NCBI GenBank assembly: GCA_029953675.1
Contig: JAMWBK010000001.1
Span: 3,658,001-3,722,000, forward strand
Origin: Rhodosorus marinus CCMP1338
Taxonomy: Eukaryota; Plantae; Rhodophyta
DNA length: 64,000 nucleotides
Direction of reading: 5' to 3'
Part shown: positions 61,243 through 64,000 of the stretch, in pieces
Layout of the letters: each line of letters begins with the position of its first letter
Position numbering within the stretch: position 1 is the stretch's first letter
Translations under genes and position numbers: made by a program
The notes under the pieces: generated by a model
The model's database searches: none
What the model saw: the letters and a program-made list of their open reading frames with translations, nothing else
Told to the model about the DNA's origin: nothing

Positions 61243-61425
61243 CATCATCCGATTATTCAAGAGCCGAACTACCCTGAGAAGCGAGAAAGACGCTGATGAC
61301 GCACATGCGACAAAACAGCAGCATTGGAACGCCAGAGGGTCCAAAGAGAGCTCCGTGACGAGACTATCAAGACGCCCAGGGTCGAACGAAGCCAGTCATC
61401 CGCGTTGGAGTTGGAATTGCATAGA
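61243..61425 (-). mobile_element. Solitary diverged lineage A RLE 3' copy
   Basis: CCATCATCATCCGATTATTCAAGAGCCGAACTACCCTGAGAAGCGAGAAAGACGCTGATGACGC and continued homology to the 4940-5100 copy. Confidence 0.7.
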
Positions 61426-62162
61426 GTGTCGAAAGATCATGATCTAGGAAACATTGTGGTTGTTGAGCGCAAGGTGTGGGACTGAGAAATGAACCTGCGA
61501 CAATTGGAAAGTCTTGTTGCGCCAAGCGGAAGTCGATTTCTAAAATTTTGGCTTCAGGTCTGCGAATTAACAACCGAAAACCAAGGCACTGAAGTGATGG
61601 TACATAGGTGACTTGACTGGTCATCTGAGAAGCTTATCGATTGCATAAGTGTCAGCCTTTGGGGTGGTTGCAAGAAGGAGAATTTCAGAACGGGGTGCAA
61701 TCGTACTCAGGAATGGACCTCAATCGTACTCGTGCTACTTACAAAAACTTCACCGCTGAATTCGCGTTCAGGACTGCTGCAAGAACAGCCAGCATTAAGT
61801 CCGAAATACGCCATCTGGAACTGCCAACACAGTTGCAGACGTTGCAGACCGATTGACGTCAGGCGTCCATTGAGGAGGAGTTTTACACTGAATCGACTCA
61901 AGTTGTATTTAGTCGCCCACGGTCATGCGATTGCTTCTTGCAGTAGCTCAGTGCGCAATGTGCAACTTGGACAACAGTTCGCAGAATGCTTGCAACCAAA
62001 ACGAGCTTGTTTGCTTGGATGATATCGCAAGAAGGAAACAAGCCAGTGATTGATTCCCCGAGCGCAGAGAGTAAGAGAGACAGCGCTGTGCACTAATCTG
62101 CAGCCCAGTTACAAACAACCATGGCCATACGTACATAATACAAACTCCAGATAAGAAAACTA

Positions 62163-63797
62163 TTAGAATATGCTTTCGGAAAACTTATCCGAGACCGCCC
62201 TCGATGGCGCGGTATCTGGCTCTGAAAACTGTTTCCGCGGCACGAGAGGATCCGGTTCCGGTTCTTCCGCGTACATCCTGGACATCAATGCTCTCCCGGA
62301 GTTCAAAATCGAAACACATTCAGCGGGCAGCGAAAGACCCGATCGCCTGAGCATGGAAAGCTCGACAAGCGCGTAGGGGTATCTGTGGAAGCAGTTCAAG
62401 ACGGCGCAAAAAGTTCTTTCCAACATGGGACGCCCAGACCGCTCCATTTTCCTCAGTACCTTCAGAAAACCGATCATGTTTTCGCTGGACACGAGAGCGC
62501 AGAGCAGCGCTTCATAGACGTCATCCGATACCCCAAAACCCGCATCCTCCATTTGTCTGATGTACCTCCACCCTGTACCGATATCCTGGCGTCCCTCAAT
62601 GTGCATTAAGATCATCTCAGCCCAAACCCGCTCGTCTTTGATTTTCATTCGATGGAACACGGCGAGAGCAGATCTCCACTCTCGACATGATGAAAACGCG
62701 CGGATGGAGGCAGATCCCCCGTACAAGTCATCGTCCTCAACCTGTGCGGCCAACTGCTCTACCAGATCCTTGTGCTTGTCATTGCCGCACGCCGTTATCA
62801 CCGCGGCTCGACATTTTCGGTCCAGTGCGACTCCCGCACCATCCAGTTCGGCCTGGAGTCCAACCGCACTTGTAGCACTCGGCTGAGACCGCAATAGAGA
62901 CACGATGACCCGATTATCCCCGTCGATCGATCTCCCAGCATTCAGAAACGATCTGAGCTGATGTAAGCCTCTATCGAAATCTTCGTTCAGCACCCGAGCT
63001 TCAATCATCGCTCCTTCCAGCGTCCATTCCAAGTCGCCAAACCTCGACTTTGCCTCCTTGTGAAGATCTTCGGCAACATGGAGCAATCCATCAGCTCCTG
63101 AAACATCATCCAAAAGGCTACCATTAGTCTGGGCGTGCGATGTATTCGGAACGGAGTGCTCAAGCCTTGAAAACTCTTCATATCTTTGAGTCAGCAACGC
63201 ATGTTGTTGAGGTCTCAACACTCAGCCCGTCAACGAGCACGGAGCGTTACCCGAACTTGTGCCAATGTTCCTACCTAGTGAGGCGATGATTTTTGAGTAG
63301 ACTGTCACTGTCATGCTTTCCGGTGAGCTCGTCGAGAGCTCTTTGCAGAGGCTTAATGAGCAAGCAGCAGTTCCCTTGACCTGGGATAGAGACGATATCA
63401 ATTTTGGTACGGACGAGTTGGGCCATGTCCAACCGACTTCTGCCAGCCATTTCAATGCCCTTTCTGGAGCGACACGATCATGTGGCTTCTGGCATAGTCT
63501 GTCGATTGAAGCCAGCAGCCCATCGCCGATGCTTGGCTGTAGAAGAGAATCTTGAACGTCGAACGGAAGGTCCTCCGGAAGGTACTCTGCTGTCAGATCA
63601 AGCAGAGCATCGGAGTCAGATGAATTCTCGATCACACGAGCCACTAACGACCGTAAGCCTTCGGAACCGCCGTCTTCGGCGTGAGAGTGACCGATCGTGG
63701 TGCTCGCCGCCCTTCTGAATGTGCTCCAACCACAAGGCCGCCGTGGCCCTAATCGCGCACGGAGTAAAAGCTTAGCCCGACTCATCCTTGAGTACAT
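62163..63797 (-). CDS. Pentatricopeptide repeat (PPR)-like protein, probably mitochondrial, one small intron
   Basis: Arg-rich presequence. About 35-aa helical repeats (VYSKIIASL; AVITACG; SIRAFSSCREWRSALAVFHRM; YEALLCALVSSENMIGFLKVLRKMERSG; TFCAVLNCF). The two ORFs can be joined by a predicted 54-nt GT-AG intron at about 63221-63274. Confidence 0.75.
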
Positions 63798-64000
63798 CCC
63801 GAAGCAAGCAAATCTAGCTCAGAGAGCTCCCTATGCCATCGGCTCCAGCATCAGGGCGATTGGTGCGAAGCGATCAAACCTCGGCGGCCCTAGCAAGTCG
63901 TCCACAACGGCATTTTCATGGAAAAGTCCACTCCTTACAACTGGTCGCAAATTTTATGCCTCGTTAGACATCGTCAGGCTTTGTCGTATGATGTCTCGTA

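Noticed and set aside
63221-63274. In-frame TGA between two PPR ORFs, suggesting readthrough or recoding
   Set aside because: A 54-nt GT...AG intron removes the stop and keeps the frame, consistent with intron sizes in neighbouring genes.

Overview
Eukaryotic nuclear DNA of about 50% GC with short (about 50-140 nt) GT-AG introns. It is most likely a red alga. This is an inference from the F-near-N-terminus, signal-less plastid-type transit peptides on the HAD and DnaJ genes, a Golgi-type Sulfotransfer_2 gene, and the intron style. The window has three parts. (1) About 0.8-17.6 kb is a nested transposon graveyard: fragments of three related restriction-like-endonuclease (CRE-like) non-LTR retroelement lineages, none with an RT domain in the window, plus a Ty3/gypsy gag fold-back, a hAT transposase relic, hairpins and an orphan EF-hand fragment. 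(2) About 18-39 kb is gene-poor and partly decayed: a multi-exon coiled-coil hypothetical gene, CZIB/DUF866, a 592-aa acidic type I membrane protein, a 1.9-kb element with perfect 27-bp inverted ends, and one orphan ORF. (3) About 39.5-64 kb is ordinary gene-rich sequence: Cof-type HAD hydrolase, mitoribosomal mL54, carbohydrate sulfotransferase, senescence/spartin-domain protein, alpha/beta hydrolase, cytochrome P450, eIF2B delta, a DnaJ protein and a PPR protein, with small tandem duplications between genes. No rRNA, tRNA or CRISPR array was found. The most unusual signals are an apparently self-targeting RLE retroelement family (insertion into its own TGATAGA site, 3' tails in two polarities), an RT-deleted non-autonomous derivative, and the unclassified TIR element with a CAA duplication. 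I did not find a clearly complete novel system. All family calls come from motif recognition by eye, not from database searches.
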